DNA of 60,569 nt, filler included. It is 4 parts of 4 records of this genome, joined end to end, with 100 filler letters (N's around TTAATTAATTAA, not from the genome) between each part and the next. Parts side by side here need not be neighbours in the genome. Positions count along the whole stretch, not along the records: positions 45,949 to 51,148 come from DRR723986_4742; positions 51,249 to 60,569 come from DRR723986_4762; 2 more parts are not named here. One strand, given 5' to 3'. Below are positions 47,766-57,004 of the stretch, piece after piece (positions within the stretch are counted from its first letter, which is position 1; each line of letters starts with the position of its first letter). Both the position numbers and the translations under genes were made by a program. Below the pieces are notes generated by a model that did no database searches, was not told the origin of the DNA, and worked only from the letters and a program-made list of their open reading frames with translations.

Positions 47766-48670
47766 AGGCGCTGGTTCTGGATACGCTGCGCGGGCTGATG
47801 CGCGGCGATGCGGCGGCGGACCGGGTGGTCCCGCCCTCGGGGTTCACCGTGTGGCTGACGCTGTTCACCTCGGCGGCCATGGCATTCCTGACGATCTTTG
47901 CGCTGGCGCTGGCGCTGGCCTCGGGGCGGCTGGCCTATACATGGGGCGAGGAACTGGCGCGCGCCTCCACCATCCGCATCTCGGCGCCCCCCGGTCAGGC
48001 CGAGGCGCAAAGCGCCGCCGCGCTCAGGGTTCTGGCGCAGACGCCGGGCGTGGCCTCGGCCCGGGCCCTGTCGGACGACGAGCAGCAGGCCCTGCTGGAG
48101 CCGTGGTTCGGCCCCGACCTGCCGCTGGAAAGCCTGCCGATCCCGCGGCTGATCGAGATCTTCGAGGAAGACGAGGGCTTCGACGCCGAGGGCCTGCGCC
48201 TGCGGCTTCAGGCCGAGGCACCCGGCGCGGTGCTGGACGAACACACCCGCTGGCGGCGACCGCTGGTGGCGGCGGCCGGGCGGCTGAAGCTGCTGGGCTG
48301 GGTGTCGATCCTGCTGATCGGCGCCGCGACCGGCGCCATGGTCACGCTGGCCGCCAATGCGGCGCTGGCCGCCAATGCGCAGGTCATCGCGGTGCTGCGG
48401 CTGGTGGGCGCCACCGACAGCTACATCGCCCGCGCCTTCGTCCGGCGGTTCACGCTGCGGACCCTGATCGGCGCGGCGCTGGGCAGCCTTGCGGGGCTGG
48501 TGGCGATCCTGCTGATGCCCGCCGCCGGAGAGACCGGCGGCTTTCTCACCGGCCTGCGGTTTCAGGGCCTGCAATGGGGGTTGCCGCTGCTGGTCCCGCC
48601 GCTGGCGGCGCTGGTGGCGCTGGGGGCGACGTGGATGGCCGCGCGCCGCGTTCTGGAAAGGCTGGCCTGA
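47762..48670 (+). CDS. ftsX: Cell division permease FtsX
   Basis: 'LLEPWFG','LPIPRLIE','LRLVGATDSYIA'; GTGA overlap with ftsE. Confidence 0.88.
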   Translation: MKALVLDTLRGLMRGDAAADRVVPPSGFTVWLTLFTSAAMAFLTIFALALALASGRLAYTWGEELARASTIRISAPPGQAEAQSAAALRVLAQTPGVASARALSDDEQQALLEPWFGPDLPLESLPIPRLIEIFEEDEGFDAEGLRLRLQAEAPGAVLDEHTRWRRPLVAAAGRLKLLGWVSILLIGAATGAMVTLAANAALAANAQVIAVLRLVGATDSYIARAFVRRFTLRTLIGAALGSLAGLVAILLMPAAGETGGFLTGLRFQGLQWGLPLLVPPLAALVALGATWMAARRVLERLA

Positions 48671-49401
48671 TGCGCTGGGTAATCTCGCTGATCTTCGTCG
48701 TTCAGATGTACGCCATGATGGCGATTCTCGGCATCGTCTTCCTGCCGTGGGCGCTGTTCTCGGCCCGGGGCGCGCGCGCGGCCTGCAAGACCTACTGTGT
48801 CTGGGTGCGCTTCACGGCGCGGGTGATGTGCGGCCTGCGCACCGAACTGCGCGGAGAGGTCCCGACCGGAGAGGTGCTGATCGCCTCGAAGCACCAGTCC
48901 TTCCTCGACATCATCCTGATCTTCTCGGTCGTGCCGGCGGGCAAGTTCATCATGAAGCGCGAGCTGATGTTCGCGCCGGTGATCGGGCAATACGCGCTGA
49001 AGATCGGCTGCGTCCCGGTCGAGCGCGGCAAGCGCGGGCAGGCCATCGCCAAGATGCTGCGCGACGTCGAGCAGGGCTCTGCCGAGCCGGGACAGCTGAT
49101 CATCTACCCTCAGGGCACCCGGATCGCGCCGGGCGTGCGGGCGCCGTTCAAGGTCGGCGCCGCGCTGCTCTACGAACAGACCGGGCAGACCTGCGTGCCG
49201 GCGGCGACCAACGTGGGCCTGTTCTGGCCGCGCCGGGGCATCCTGCGCAAGCCGGGCCTCGCCGTCGTCGAATTCCTGCCCCCCATCCCGCCCGGGTTGG
49301 ACCGCGAAAGCTTTCTGAAACGGCTGGAGCACGATGTCGAAACGGCGTCGAATGCGCTGATGCTGGAGGCGGGCTTCGACGTGGAGAAGGATCTCGCCTG
49401 A
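48670..49401 (+). CDS. plsC: 1-acyl-sn-glycerol-3-phosphate acyltransferase family
   Basis: 'KHQSFLD', 'YPQGTR'. Confidence 0.8.
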   Translation: MRWVISLIFVVQMYAMMAILGIVFLPWALFSARGARAACKTYCVWVRFTARVMCGLRTELRGEVPTGEVLIASKHQSFLDIILIFSVVPAGKFIMKRELMFAPVIGQYALKIGCVPVERGKRGQAIAKMLRDVEQGSAEPGQLIIYPQGTRIAPGVRAPFKVGAALLYEQTGQTCVPAATNVGLFWPRRGILRKPGLAVVEFLPPIPPGLDRESFLKRLEHDVETASNALMLEAGFDVEKDLA

Positions 49402-49510
49402 GGCAGGGGGGGCGCTGAGCGGCGCCTGTTTCCAAGGCTGATGTGGAAAACAAAGGTGCGGCGGAACGCGTGGCGCCGGCGCAACATACATCAGGCGCTC
49501 CATTCCGATA

Positions 49511-49526
49511 TTAAGGATTTATTAAC
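49511..49526 (+). promoter_or_regulatory. CtrA-binding box
   Basis: TTAA-GGATTTA-TTAAC = TTAA-N7-TTAAC in an AT-rich patch. Confidence 0.65.
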
Positions 49527-49593
49527 TATTCGTATTGCGCGAGTCGTTCGCCTCAGCGACTTTCCGCGCATCGAACTATAGAATGGATATAAC

Positions 49594-50004
49594 GTGAATA
49601 AGAGTGTTTTGAGCGCGATTTTGATTGGCGCGCTTGGGGTATCTGGCTGTGCCAAGAAATCCGATCAAATCAGCGCAAGCTACGTGTCGCCGCTGACCTA
49701 CCAGAACTACACCTGTTCGCAACTGCGGGAAGAAGCAGTCCGCATCAGCGCGCGTGTGTCTTCCAGCATGGGCGAGCAGAACCGAAAGGCGCATAACGAC
49801 GCCGTGGCCACCGGAGTGGCCGTCGTGCTGTTCTGGCCCGCGGCTTTCTTCATCAAGGGCGATCAGGGATCGGCCGCGGAACTGGGGCGGCTCAAGGGTG
49901 AGATGGACGCCATCGAACGCGCCAGCATTGCCCGCAGATGCGGAATCACCTTCCAGACCGAAAAGGTCCCGGCCAATTCCAAGACGACCAAGGCCGCCGA
50001 CTGA
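49594..50004 (+). CDS. Hypothetical lipoprotein
   Basis: Lipobox 'LGVSGC'; 'YTCSQL'; hydrophobic 'GVAVVLFWPAAFFI'. Confidence 0.75.
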   Translation: MNKSVLSAILIGALGVSGCAKKSDQISASYVSPLTYQNYTCSQLREEAVRISARVSSSMGEQNRKAHNDAVATGVAVVLFWPAAFFIKGDQGSAAELGRLKGEMDAIERASIARRCGITFQTEKVPANSKTTKAAD

Positions 50005-50014
50005 CCCAAGTGGA

Positions 50015-50045
50015 CGATGCCCCCGAATGCGTTTCGGGGGCATCG
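50015..50045. terminator. Hairpin between convergent genes (possible bidirectional terminator)
   Basis: CGATGCCCCCGAA-TGCGT-TTCGGGGGCATCG 13-bp stem; no U-tract. Confidence 0.6.
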
Positions 50046-50052
50046 CGCATCG

Positions 50053-51148
50053 TCAGGCGTGAATCGCGCCGTCGCCGCAGGCGAGGGCCGCCTCGCGCAC
50101 CGCCTCGGAGAAGGTCGGGTGGGCGTGGCAGGTCAGGGCGATGTCCTCGGCGCTGGCGCCGAACTCCATGCCGACGCAGATCTCGTGGATCAGGTCGCCC
50201 GCCGCCGGGCCAATGATGTGGCAGCCGAGGATGCGGTCGGTTTCCTTGTCCACCAGCAGCTTGACGAAGCCTTCGCCCTGGAACACCGCCTTGGCGCGGC
50301 CATTGCCCATGAAGGAGAACTTGCCGACCTTGTAGGCCTTGCCCGTATCCTTCAACTGCGCCTCGGTGGCGCCGACCATGGCGACCTCGGGGGCGGTGTA
50401 GATCACTGAGGGGATCACGCCGTAGTTCACATGGCCATGTTTGCCCGCGATGACCTCGGCGGCGGCCATGCCCTCGTCCTCGGCCTTGTGGGCGAGCATC
50501 GGGCCTTCGATCACGTCACCGATGGCATAGATGCCCTCGACGGAGGTCTGCCAGTGGTCGTCGACCGCGATCTGGCCGCGCTTGGTCATCTCGATGCCAA
50601 GCGCGTCGAGGCCGAGGCCCTCGGTGAAGGGCTTGCGCCCGGTGGCGACCAGCACGACATCGGCGTCGACCGTATGCTCGCTGTCGTCCTTGCGGAGCGT
50701 GTAGGTGACCTTGGCCTTGCCCTTGGCGGTCTCGACCTTGGACACGGCGGCGCCCATGGTGAACTCCAGCCCCTGCTTGGACAGGATGCGCTGGAAGGTC
50801 TTCTGTACCTCGGCGTCCATGCCCGGCGTGATGTGGTCGAGGAATTCGATCACCTGCACCTCGGACCCGAGACGCTTGTAGACGGAGCCCATTTCCAGCC
50901 CGATCACGCCCGCGCCGATGACGACCATCTTCTTGGGGATCTTGGGCAGCGCCAGCGCACCGGTGCTGTCGACCACGACGCCCGCGTCATTGTCGACCGT
51001 GACCTCGGCACCCGGGACCGAGGCGACCTCGGAGCCCGAGGCGATGATGATGGCCTTGGCATTGTGGGTCTCGTCGCCGACCTTCACCTTGCCCTTTTCC
51101 GGGATGGAGCCCCAGCCTTTGAGCCAGTCGATCTTGTTCTTCTTGAAC
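50053..51148 (-). CDS. lpdA: Dihydrolipoamide dehydrogenase (5' truncated)
   Basis: 'GAGVIGLE', '[12 protein letters not shown]', 'HAHPTFSE'. Confidence 0.93.
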
Positions 51149-51248
51149 NNNNNNNNNNNNNNNNNNNNNNNNNNNNNNNNNNNNNNNNNNNNTTAATTAA
51201 TTAANNNNNNNNNNNNNNNNNNNNNNNNNNNNNNNNNNNNNNNNNNNN
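51149..51248. other. Artificial contig-joining spacer
   Basis: 44 N + TTAATTAATTAA + 44 N. Confidence 0.98.
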
Positions 51249-52052
51249 ATGGGCGTCATCAACATGGCGCATGGCGAGTTCATCATGATGGGCGCCTATA
51301 CCGGCTACGTGGTGCAGCTGTTCATACCCGACTACACGCTGTCGCTGGTGGTTGCCCTGCCGCTGGCCTTCGCCGTGACCTTCGGCGCCGGTGTGGCGAT
51401 GGAGCGGCTGGTGATCCGCTGGCTCTACGACCGCCCGCTGGAAACGCTGCTGGCCACCTTCGGGGTGTCCATCGCCCTGCAACAGCTGGCCAAGAACATC
51501 TTCGGCACGCAGGCGCGGCCGCTGACCTCTCCGGCATGGCTGGACGGCAACCTCGCCTTCAACGAGGTGATCTCGATCAGCTACATCCGCGTCGCGATCT
51601 TCGTGCTGGCGCTGCTGTTCCTCGGCCTGCTGCTCTTCATCCTCAAGAAGACCCGTCTGGGGCTGGAGGTGCGCGCGGTGACGCAGAACCCGCGCATGGC
51701 GGCCTCGATGGGCATCAACCCCGACAAGATCAAGATGCTGACCTTCGGCCTTGGCTCCGGCATCGCGGGGATCGCCGGCGTGGCCATCGGGCTTTATGCC
51801 AAGGTGACCTCGGAGATGGGGCAGGATTACATCGTGCAAAGCTTCATGACCGTGGTCGTGGGCGGCGTCGGCAACGTCTGGGGCACGCTCGCGGGCGCCA
51901 CGCTGATCGGCGTGCTGCAGAAGGGCATCGAGTGGTTCAACCCCTCCAACACGCTGGCGGCGCAGACCTACATGATCCTCTTCATCATCCTCTTCATCCA
52001 GGTCCGGCCCAAGGGCATCATCGCCCTCAAAGGCCGCGCGGCAGGAGATTGA
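51249..52052 (+). CDS. urtB: Urea ABC transporter permease (5' truncated)
   Basis: 'GVINMAHGEF', 'RPLETLLATFG', 'SFMTVVVGGVG'. Confidence 0.9.
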   Translation: MGVINMAHGEFIMMGAYTGYVVQLFIPDYTLSLVVALPLAFAVTFGAGVAMERLVIRWLYDRPLETLLATFGVSIALQQLAKNIFGTQARPLTSPAWLDGNLAFNEVISISYIRVAIFVLALLFLGLLLFILKKTRLGLEVRAVTQNPRMAASMGINPDKIKMLTFGLGSGIAGIAGVAIGLYAKVTSEMGQDYIVQSFMTVVVGGVGNVWGTLAGATLIGVLQKGIEWFNPSNTLAAQTYMILFIILFIQVRPKGIIALKGRAAGD

Positions 52053-52056
52053 GACC

Positions 52057-52533
52057 ATGCAGATCGCCATTCTGACCCAACCAACCCCCGCCTTCGAAGA
52101 CCTCGTGGACACGCATACCGCCTTTTGCGACGGCACCGCCCCCGCCGAAAGCTGCCACCGCCTGCCGGTCTCGCGACTCTTCACGCCCGACATCACCGTC
52201 TGGGTCGCGCAGGATGGCGACGCGCTGATCGGCATGGGCGCGCTCAAGGTTCTGTCCCCCACCGAGGGAGAGGTCAAATCCATGCACACCCGGGCCGAGG
52301 CGCGCGGCAAGGGCACCGCGCGGGCCATCCTGCGCACCATCCTGACCGCCGCCCGCGCCCACGGCCTGCAGCGGCTGTCACTGGAAACCGGCACGCATCC
52401 GGCCTTTGCCCCCGCCGTGGCGCTCTACCGCGCCGAGGGCTTCACCGATACCGGCCCCTTCGGCGACTACGTCACCGACCCGCACAGCATGTTCCTCACC
52501 CTCGACCTGACCCCCGCAAAGGACCCGGCATGA
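52057..52533 (+). CDS. GNAT N-acetyltransferase (YedL-like)
   Basis: 'PAESCH', 'EVKSMHT', 'RGKG', 'LSLETG', 'PFGDY'. Confidence 0.88.
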   Translation: MQIAILTQPTPAFEDLVDTHTAFCDGTAPAESCHRLPVSRLFTPDITVWVAQDGDALIGMGALKVLSPTEGEVKSMHTRAEARGKGTARAILRTILTAARAHGLQRLSLETGTHPAFAPAVALYRAEGFTDTGPFGDYVTDPHSMFLTLDLTPAKDPA

Positions 52534-53762
52534 GACGCAGCTTCTTCGCGCAGAATCCTTCCGTCCTGTGGTTCATCGCCATCCTCGGGCTGTTCACCCT
52601 CGGCGTCACGTTGATGGCAGAGGCGACCGGAACCGGCGCGCTTTCGACCTCCTTCGTCAAGACGCTGGGCAAGACGCTGTGCCTGTGCCTGATCGCCATC
52701 GCCATGGACGTGGTCTGGGGCTACTGCGGCATCCTCTCGCTGGGCCATTTCGCCTTCTTCGGGATCGGCGGCTACGCCATCGGCATGTGGCTGATGTATG
52801 CGCGCACGGAAACCATCGTCTCCGCCAGCCTCTCGAACCAGGTGATCCCGCCGACCGCGCAAGAGGTCTCTGACGCCATCGCCAGCCAGATCTTCGGCGT
52901 CGTCGGCGCGTCGGAATTTCCGCCGATCTGGGCCTTCGCCCACTCGCTGCCGCTGCAACTCATGATGGTGGTGCTGGTGCCGGGGCTTCTGGCGCTGGTC
53001 TTCGGCTGGCTGGCCTTCCGCTCGCGCGTGACCGGCGTGTACCTCTCGATCCTCACGCAGGCGATGACGCTGGCGCTGGCGCTCTACCTCTTCCAGAACG
53101 ACAGCGGGCTGCGCGGCAACAACGGCCTGTCGGGCCTGCAGAACATCCCCGGCGCCGAGGGCGTGCCGCAATCGCTGATCTCGATCTGGTTCTTCTGGGC
53201 CTCGGCGCTGGCACTGGCCCTGGGCTACGTGCTCTTCGCCTTCGTGACCTCGGGCAAGATGGGCAGCGTGATCCGCGCCATCCGCGACAACGAGACCCGC
53301 GTGCGCTTCCTCGGCTACGACGTCGAGGGCTACAAGCTCTTCGTCTTCACCCTGACGGCGGTGGTGGCGGGCATCGCGGGCGCGCTCTATTACCCGCAGG
53401 CGGGCATCATCAACCCGGCGGAAATCGCCCCCATCGCCTCGATCTACCTTGCGGTCTGGGTCGCCATCGGCGGACGCGGGCGGCTGTACGGCGCGGTGCT
53501 CGGCACGGTCTTCGTGACGCTGCTCAGCAGCTGGTTCACCGGCGGCGGCGCGCCCGACATCGACCTTGGCTTCTACCGTATCCAGTGGACCGACTGGTGG
53601 CTTGTCCTTCTGGGCCTCAGCTTCGTCGCCGTGACGCTGTTTGCACCCAAGGGCCTCGGCGGGCTGGTCGATCTCCTGACCGCACGCCGCAGCGCTGACC
53701 GCCACGGCGCGGGTTTCGGACCGGACAAGGGCGCCCTGCGCGAAGAGGAGGGCGCGAAATGA
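52530..53762 (+). CDS. urtC: Urea ABC transporter permease
   Basis: 'WGYCGILSLGH', 'FRSRVTGVYLSILTQA', 'AIRDNETRVRFLGY'. Confidence 0.9.
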   Translation: MRRSFFAQNPSVLWFIAILGLFTLGVTLMAEATGTGALSTSFVKTLGKTLCLCLIAIAMDVVWGYCGILSLGHFAFFGIGGYAIGMWLMYARTETIVSASLSNQVIPPTAQEVSDAIASQIFGVVGASEFPPIWAFAHSLPLQLMMVVLVPGLLALVFGWLAFRSRVTGVYLSILTQAMTLALALYLFQNDSGLRGNNGLSGLQNIPGAEGVPQSLISIWFFWASALALALGYVLFAFVTSGKMGSVIRAIRDNETRVRFLGYDVEGYKLFVFTLTAVVAGIAGALYYPQAGIINPAEIAPIASIYLAVWVAIGGRGRLYGAVLGTVFVTLLSSWFTGGGAPDIDLGFYRIQWTDWWLVLLGLSFVAVTLFAPKGLGGLVDLLTARRSADRHGAGFGPDKGALREEEGAK

Positions 53763-54541
53763 GCCTCGACACCGCGACCGCCGCGCCGAAGAAGACGCGC
53801 AAGTCGACCCTGCTGGAGCTGTCCGGCGTCTCCGTCTCCTTCGACGGGTTCAAGGCGATCAACAACCTCTCGTTCCAGATCGGAGAGCCCGAGATGCGCG
53901 CCATCATCGGCCCCAATGGCGCGGGCAAGACCACCTTCATGGACATCATCACCGGCAAGACGAAACCCGACGAGGGCCGCGTGCTCTGGGGCGACGACGG
54001 CATCTCGCTTCTGGGCCTCTCGGAAAGCCGCATCGCCCGCGCCGGGGTCGGTCGCAAGTTCCAGAAACCCACCGTTTTCGAGGCCCAGACCGTGCGCGAG
54101 AACCTCGCCATGGCGCTGAAGGCCCCGCGCGGCCCCTTCGACGTTCTGTTCCACAAGAAGACGAAGGCCGGCGCCGAGAAGATAGAGGCGCTCGCCGCCC
54201 AGATCGGCCTGTCGGACCAACTGCCGCGCATCGCCGGCGAACTCAGCCACGGCCAGAAGCAATGGCTGGAGATCGGCATGCTGCTGGCACAGGAACCGCG
54301 CCTGCTGCTGGTCGACGAACCCGCCGCCGGGATGACGCCCGCCGAGCGCGAGAAGACCACAGAGATGCTGGTCGAGGCCGCGAAGACCCGCGCCGTCGTC
54401 GTGGTCGAGCACGACATGGAATTCGTCCGCCGCCTGAACTGCCGGGTGACGGTGCTGAACGAGGGCTCGGTCCTCGCCGAAGGCTCCATCGACTATGTGA
54501 CCTCCGACCCGCAGGTCATCGAAGTCTACCTCGGGAGATGA
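53759..54541 (+). CDS. urtD: Urea ABC transporter ATPase
   Basis: 'IIGPNGAGKT', 'GRKFQKP', 'LSHGQKQWLEIGM'. Confidence 0.92.
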   Translation: MSLDTATAAPKKTRKSTLLELSGVSVSFDGFKAINNLSFQIGEPEMRAIIGPNGAGKTTFMDIITGKTKPDEGRVLWGDDGISLLGLSESRIARAGVGRKFQKPTVFEAQTVRENLAMALKAPRGPFDVLFHKKTKAGAEKIEALAAQIGLSDQLPRIAGELSHGQKQWLEIGMLLAQEPRLLLVDEPAAGMTPAEREKTTEMLVEAAKTRAVVVVEHDMEFVRRLNCRVTVLNEGSVLAEGSIDYVTSDPQVIEVYLGR

Positions 54542-54625
54542 AGAGATGACGCTGTGTTTCTTCTTGGTCCAAATACCGAAATGCCCGGCCTGCCCCACCC
54601 GTAAACACCGCAGGGAAACCCGCCC

Positions 54626-55324
54626 ATGCTGAGCCTCTCCAACCTGACGCTGCACTACGGCCACAGCCAGATCCTGCACGACATCTCGATGGAGGCGCGG
54701 CCCGGCGCCGTGACCTGCCTGATGGGCACCAACGGGGTCGGCAAGACCTCGCTGCTCAAGGCGATCTCGGGCACGCATCCGCGCTCCGGCGGCACCATGG
54801 TGCTCGACGGCAGGGACATAGCGCCAAACGCCTCGGCTCATGCCCGCGCCCGCGCCGGGATCGGCTATGTGCCGCAGGGCCGCGACATCTTTCCGCTGAT
54901 GACCGTCCGCGAGAACCTGATGACCGGCTTCGCCTGCATCCCCAAGGCCGACTGGACCATCCCGGACGAGGTCTTCACGCTTTTCCCGATCCTCAAGGAC
55001 TTCCTCAACCGGCGCGGCGGCGACCTGTCCGGCGGCCAGCAGCAACAGCTTGCCATCGCGCGGGCCATGATCGCCCAGCCGAAACTGCTGCTCCTCGACG
55101 AGCCGACGGAGGGCATCCAGCCCAACATCATCACGCAGATCGGAGAGGTCATCAAATACCTGCGCTCCAAGGGGGACATGGCGATCATCCTCGTCGAGCA
55201 GTTCTTCGACTTCGCCTTCGAGCTTGGCGACCACTTCGTGGCGCTGGAACGCGGGCGGGTGATCCACGACGCCCCCAAGGCGGAGACCCCGAGGGATGTG
55301 CTGCTGGCCAAGGTCTCGGTCTGA
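54626..55324 (+). CDS. urtE: Urea ABC transporter ATPase
   Basis: 'YVPQGRDIFP', 'LSGGQQQQLAIAR', 'DEPTEGIQP'. Confidence 0.92.
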   Translation: MLSLSNLTLHYGHSQILHDISMEARPGAVTCLMGTNGVGKTSLLKAISGTHPRSGGTMVLDGRDIAPNASAHARARAGIGYVPQGRDIFPLMTVRENLMTGFACIPKADWTIPDEVFTLFPILKDFLNRRGGDLSGGQQQQLAIARAMIAQPKLLLLDEPTEGIQPNIITQIGEVIKYLRSKGDMAIILVEQFFDFAFELGDHFVALERGRVIHDAPKAETPRDVLLAKVSV

Positions 55325-55465
55325 CCGGGCGAGCCCCGGTCCGGGGCCATTCGTGAAAATGCGAGGGATTTAAATGCCGCCGGGCCCGGTGCCCTGCCCG
55401 GTTTTCTTTACGCTTTGCCGCCATTCCTGCCCCTGCGGAACCAAAAGCCGAAGCGGGACCAGACC

Positions 55466-56989
55466 ATGTCGGACGAACTCAGGAAGAAACTGCGCAGCTA
55501 TCAGCTCGACGGCCCCCACGCAGAGCTGCTCCGGCAGGCGGGTGCGGTGCTCATCCCCGAACTCGACGGGGTGCTCGATGCGTTCTACAGGCGCGCCACG
55601 GCGGTTCCCGAACTCGCCGCCTTCTTCGAGGACAAGGGCCGCATGGACTCCGCGCGCAGCGCCCAGAAGGTGCATTGGGAGCGCATCCTGACCGCCCGCT
55701 ACGACGAGGAATACCTCGCCTCGGTCGAGCGGATCGGCCGCGTGCACGCCCGCATCGACCTGCCGATAGAGGCGTATATGTCGGCCTATTCGCTGGCCGC
55801 CTCGGACCTTACCACGCTCTTCCTGAAGAAGCGCCGGCGCGGTTTCCGCAGGTCGGATCTCGACCGGATCCGCGAACAGGTCTGCGCCCTCAACCGGGCC
55901 TTTTCGCTGGACATAGAGCGGGTGGTCGACATCACCTTCCGCGTTCAGGCCGAGGAACAGACGCGCGCCCTGACCCACATCAACCACGCCATCGACCGGC
56001 TGGCAGAGGGCGATCTGACCCATGTCATCCCGGCTCCGCGCGACAGCGACTTCCCCCAGACCTTCGACCCCCTGCGCTGCAAGCTCAATGGCGCCACCGA
56101 GAGGCTGGGCGGGGTGCTGTCCACGGTCACGCGCACGATGGAGCAGCTTCTGGACATCATCGCAGAGGTCGGCAGCGCCACGGAAAACCTCTCCAGCCGC
56201 ACCGCCAGTCAGGCCGCCTCTCTGGAACAGACCGCCGCTGCGGTGCAGGAACTGACCAGAAACGTCGAGGAATCCTCGGTGAACACCGGGCGCGCGCGGG
56301 ATGTCGCCTCCGACGCGGCGCGCACCGCCGAAAGCGGGTCCGGCACCGTGTCCGAGGCGTCGGATGCCATGGGGCGCATCCAGACCTCCTCGCAGAAGAT
56401 CACCCAGATCATCGGCATGATCGACGACATCGCCTTCCAGACCAACCTTCTGGCTCTGAACGCCGGGGTCGAGGCGGCGCGCGCCGGCACCGCCGGGCGC
56501 GGTTTCGCCGTGGTCGCCGAAGAGGTGCGGCAGCTTGCGGGCAACGCCTCTGACGCGGCGCGCCAGATCAAGGAACTGGTCAACGCCAGTTCCGGCGAGG
56601 TCTCGAACGGGGTGGACCTGATCCATCACGCCGCAGAGACGCTGCGCGCGATCGTGGCGAATTTCGATCAGGTGGCGGGCCTGTCGACAGAGATCGCGGC
56701 GGCCAGCCACGAGCAGTCGACCGCGCTGTCCGAGGTCAACGCCGCCATCGCGCAGATGGACCTCGTGACCCAGCAGAACGCCGCCATGGTTGAAGAGACC
56801 ACGGCCGCGACCGACCGCATGAACCAGGAGGCGCGCGGGCTGATGAAACACCTGAAGGCGCTGAAGGTCCCCGCCCCCGGCGAGCCCGGGGCCACAGGGG
56901 CCGCGCCGGGGCGCAGCCACAGGGCCAGCGCGCACGCGCCGGTCCCGCAGGAGGGTGTCGGGGATGGGGCTACGCCACGCGTCGCCTGA
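55466..56989 (+). CDS. Globin-coupled methyl-accepting chemotaxis protein (HemAT-like)
   Basis: Protoglobin 'DAFY...AQKVHW...IGRVHARIDL..Y'; MCP 'IAFQTNLLALNAGVEAARAG'; no TM. Confidence 0.9.
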   Translation: MSDELRKKLRSYQLDGPHAELLRQAGAVLIPELDGVLDAFYRRATAVPELAAFFEDKGRMDSARSAQKVHWERILTARYDEEYLASVERIGRVHARIDLPIEAYMSAYSLAASDLTTLFLKKRRRGFRRSDLDRIREQVCALNRAFSLDIERVVDITFRVQAEEQTRALTHINHAIDRLAEGDLTHVIPAPRDSDFPQTFDPLRCKLNGATERLGGVLSTVTRTMEQLLDIIAEVGSATENLSSRTASQAASLEQTAAAVQELTRNVEESSVNTGRARDVASDAARTAESGSGTVSEASDAMGRIQTSSQKITQIIGMIDDIAFQTNLLALNAGVEAARAGTAGRGFAVVAEEVRQLAGNASDAARQIKELVNASSGEVSNGVDLIHHAAETLRAIVANFDQVAGLSTEIAAASHEQSTALSEVNAAIAQMDLVTQQNAAMVEETTAATDRMNQEARGLMKHLKALKVPAPGEPGATGAAPGRSHRASAHAPVPQEGVGDGATPRVA

Positions 56990-57004
56990 ACCGTGGTGGG
57001 CGCT

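Noticed and set aside
689-55324. Apparent creatine pathway: creatinase, sarcosine/dimethylglycine dehydrogenase-like gene and urea transporter in one window
   Set aside because: The three lie on different contigs joined by artificial spacers, so the proximity carries no biological meaning.
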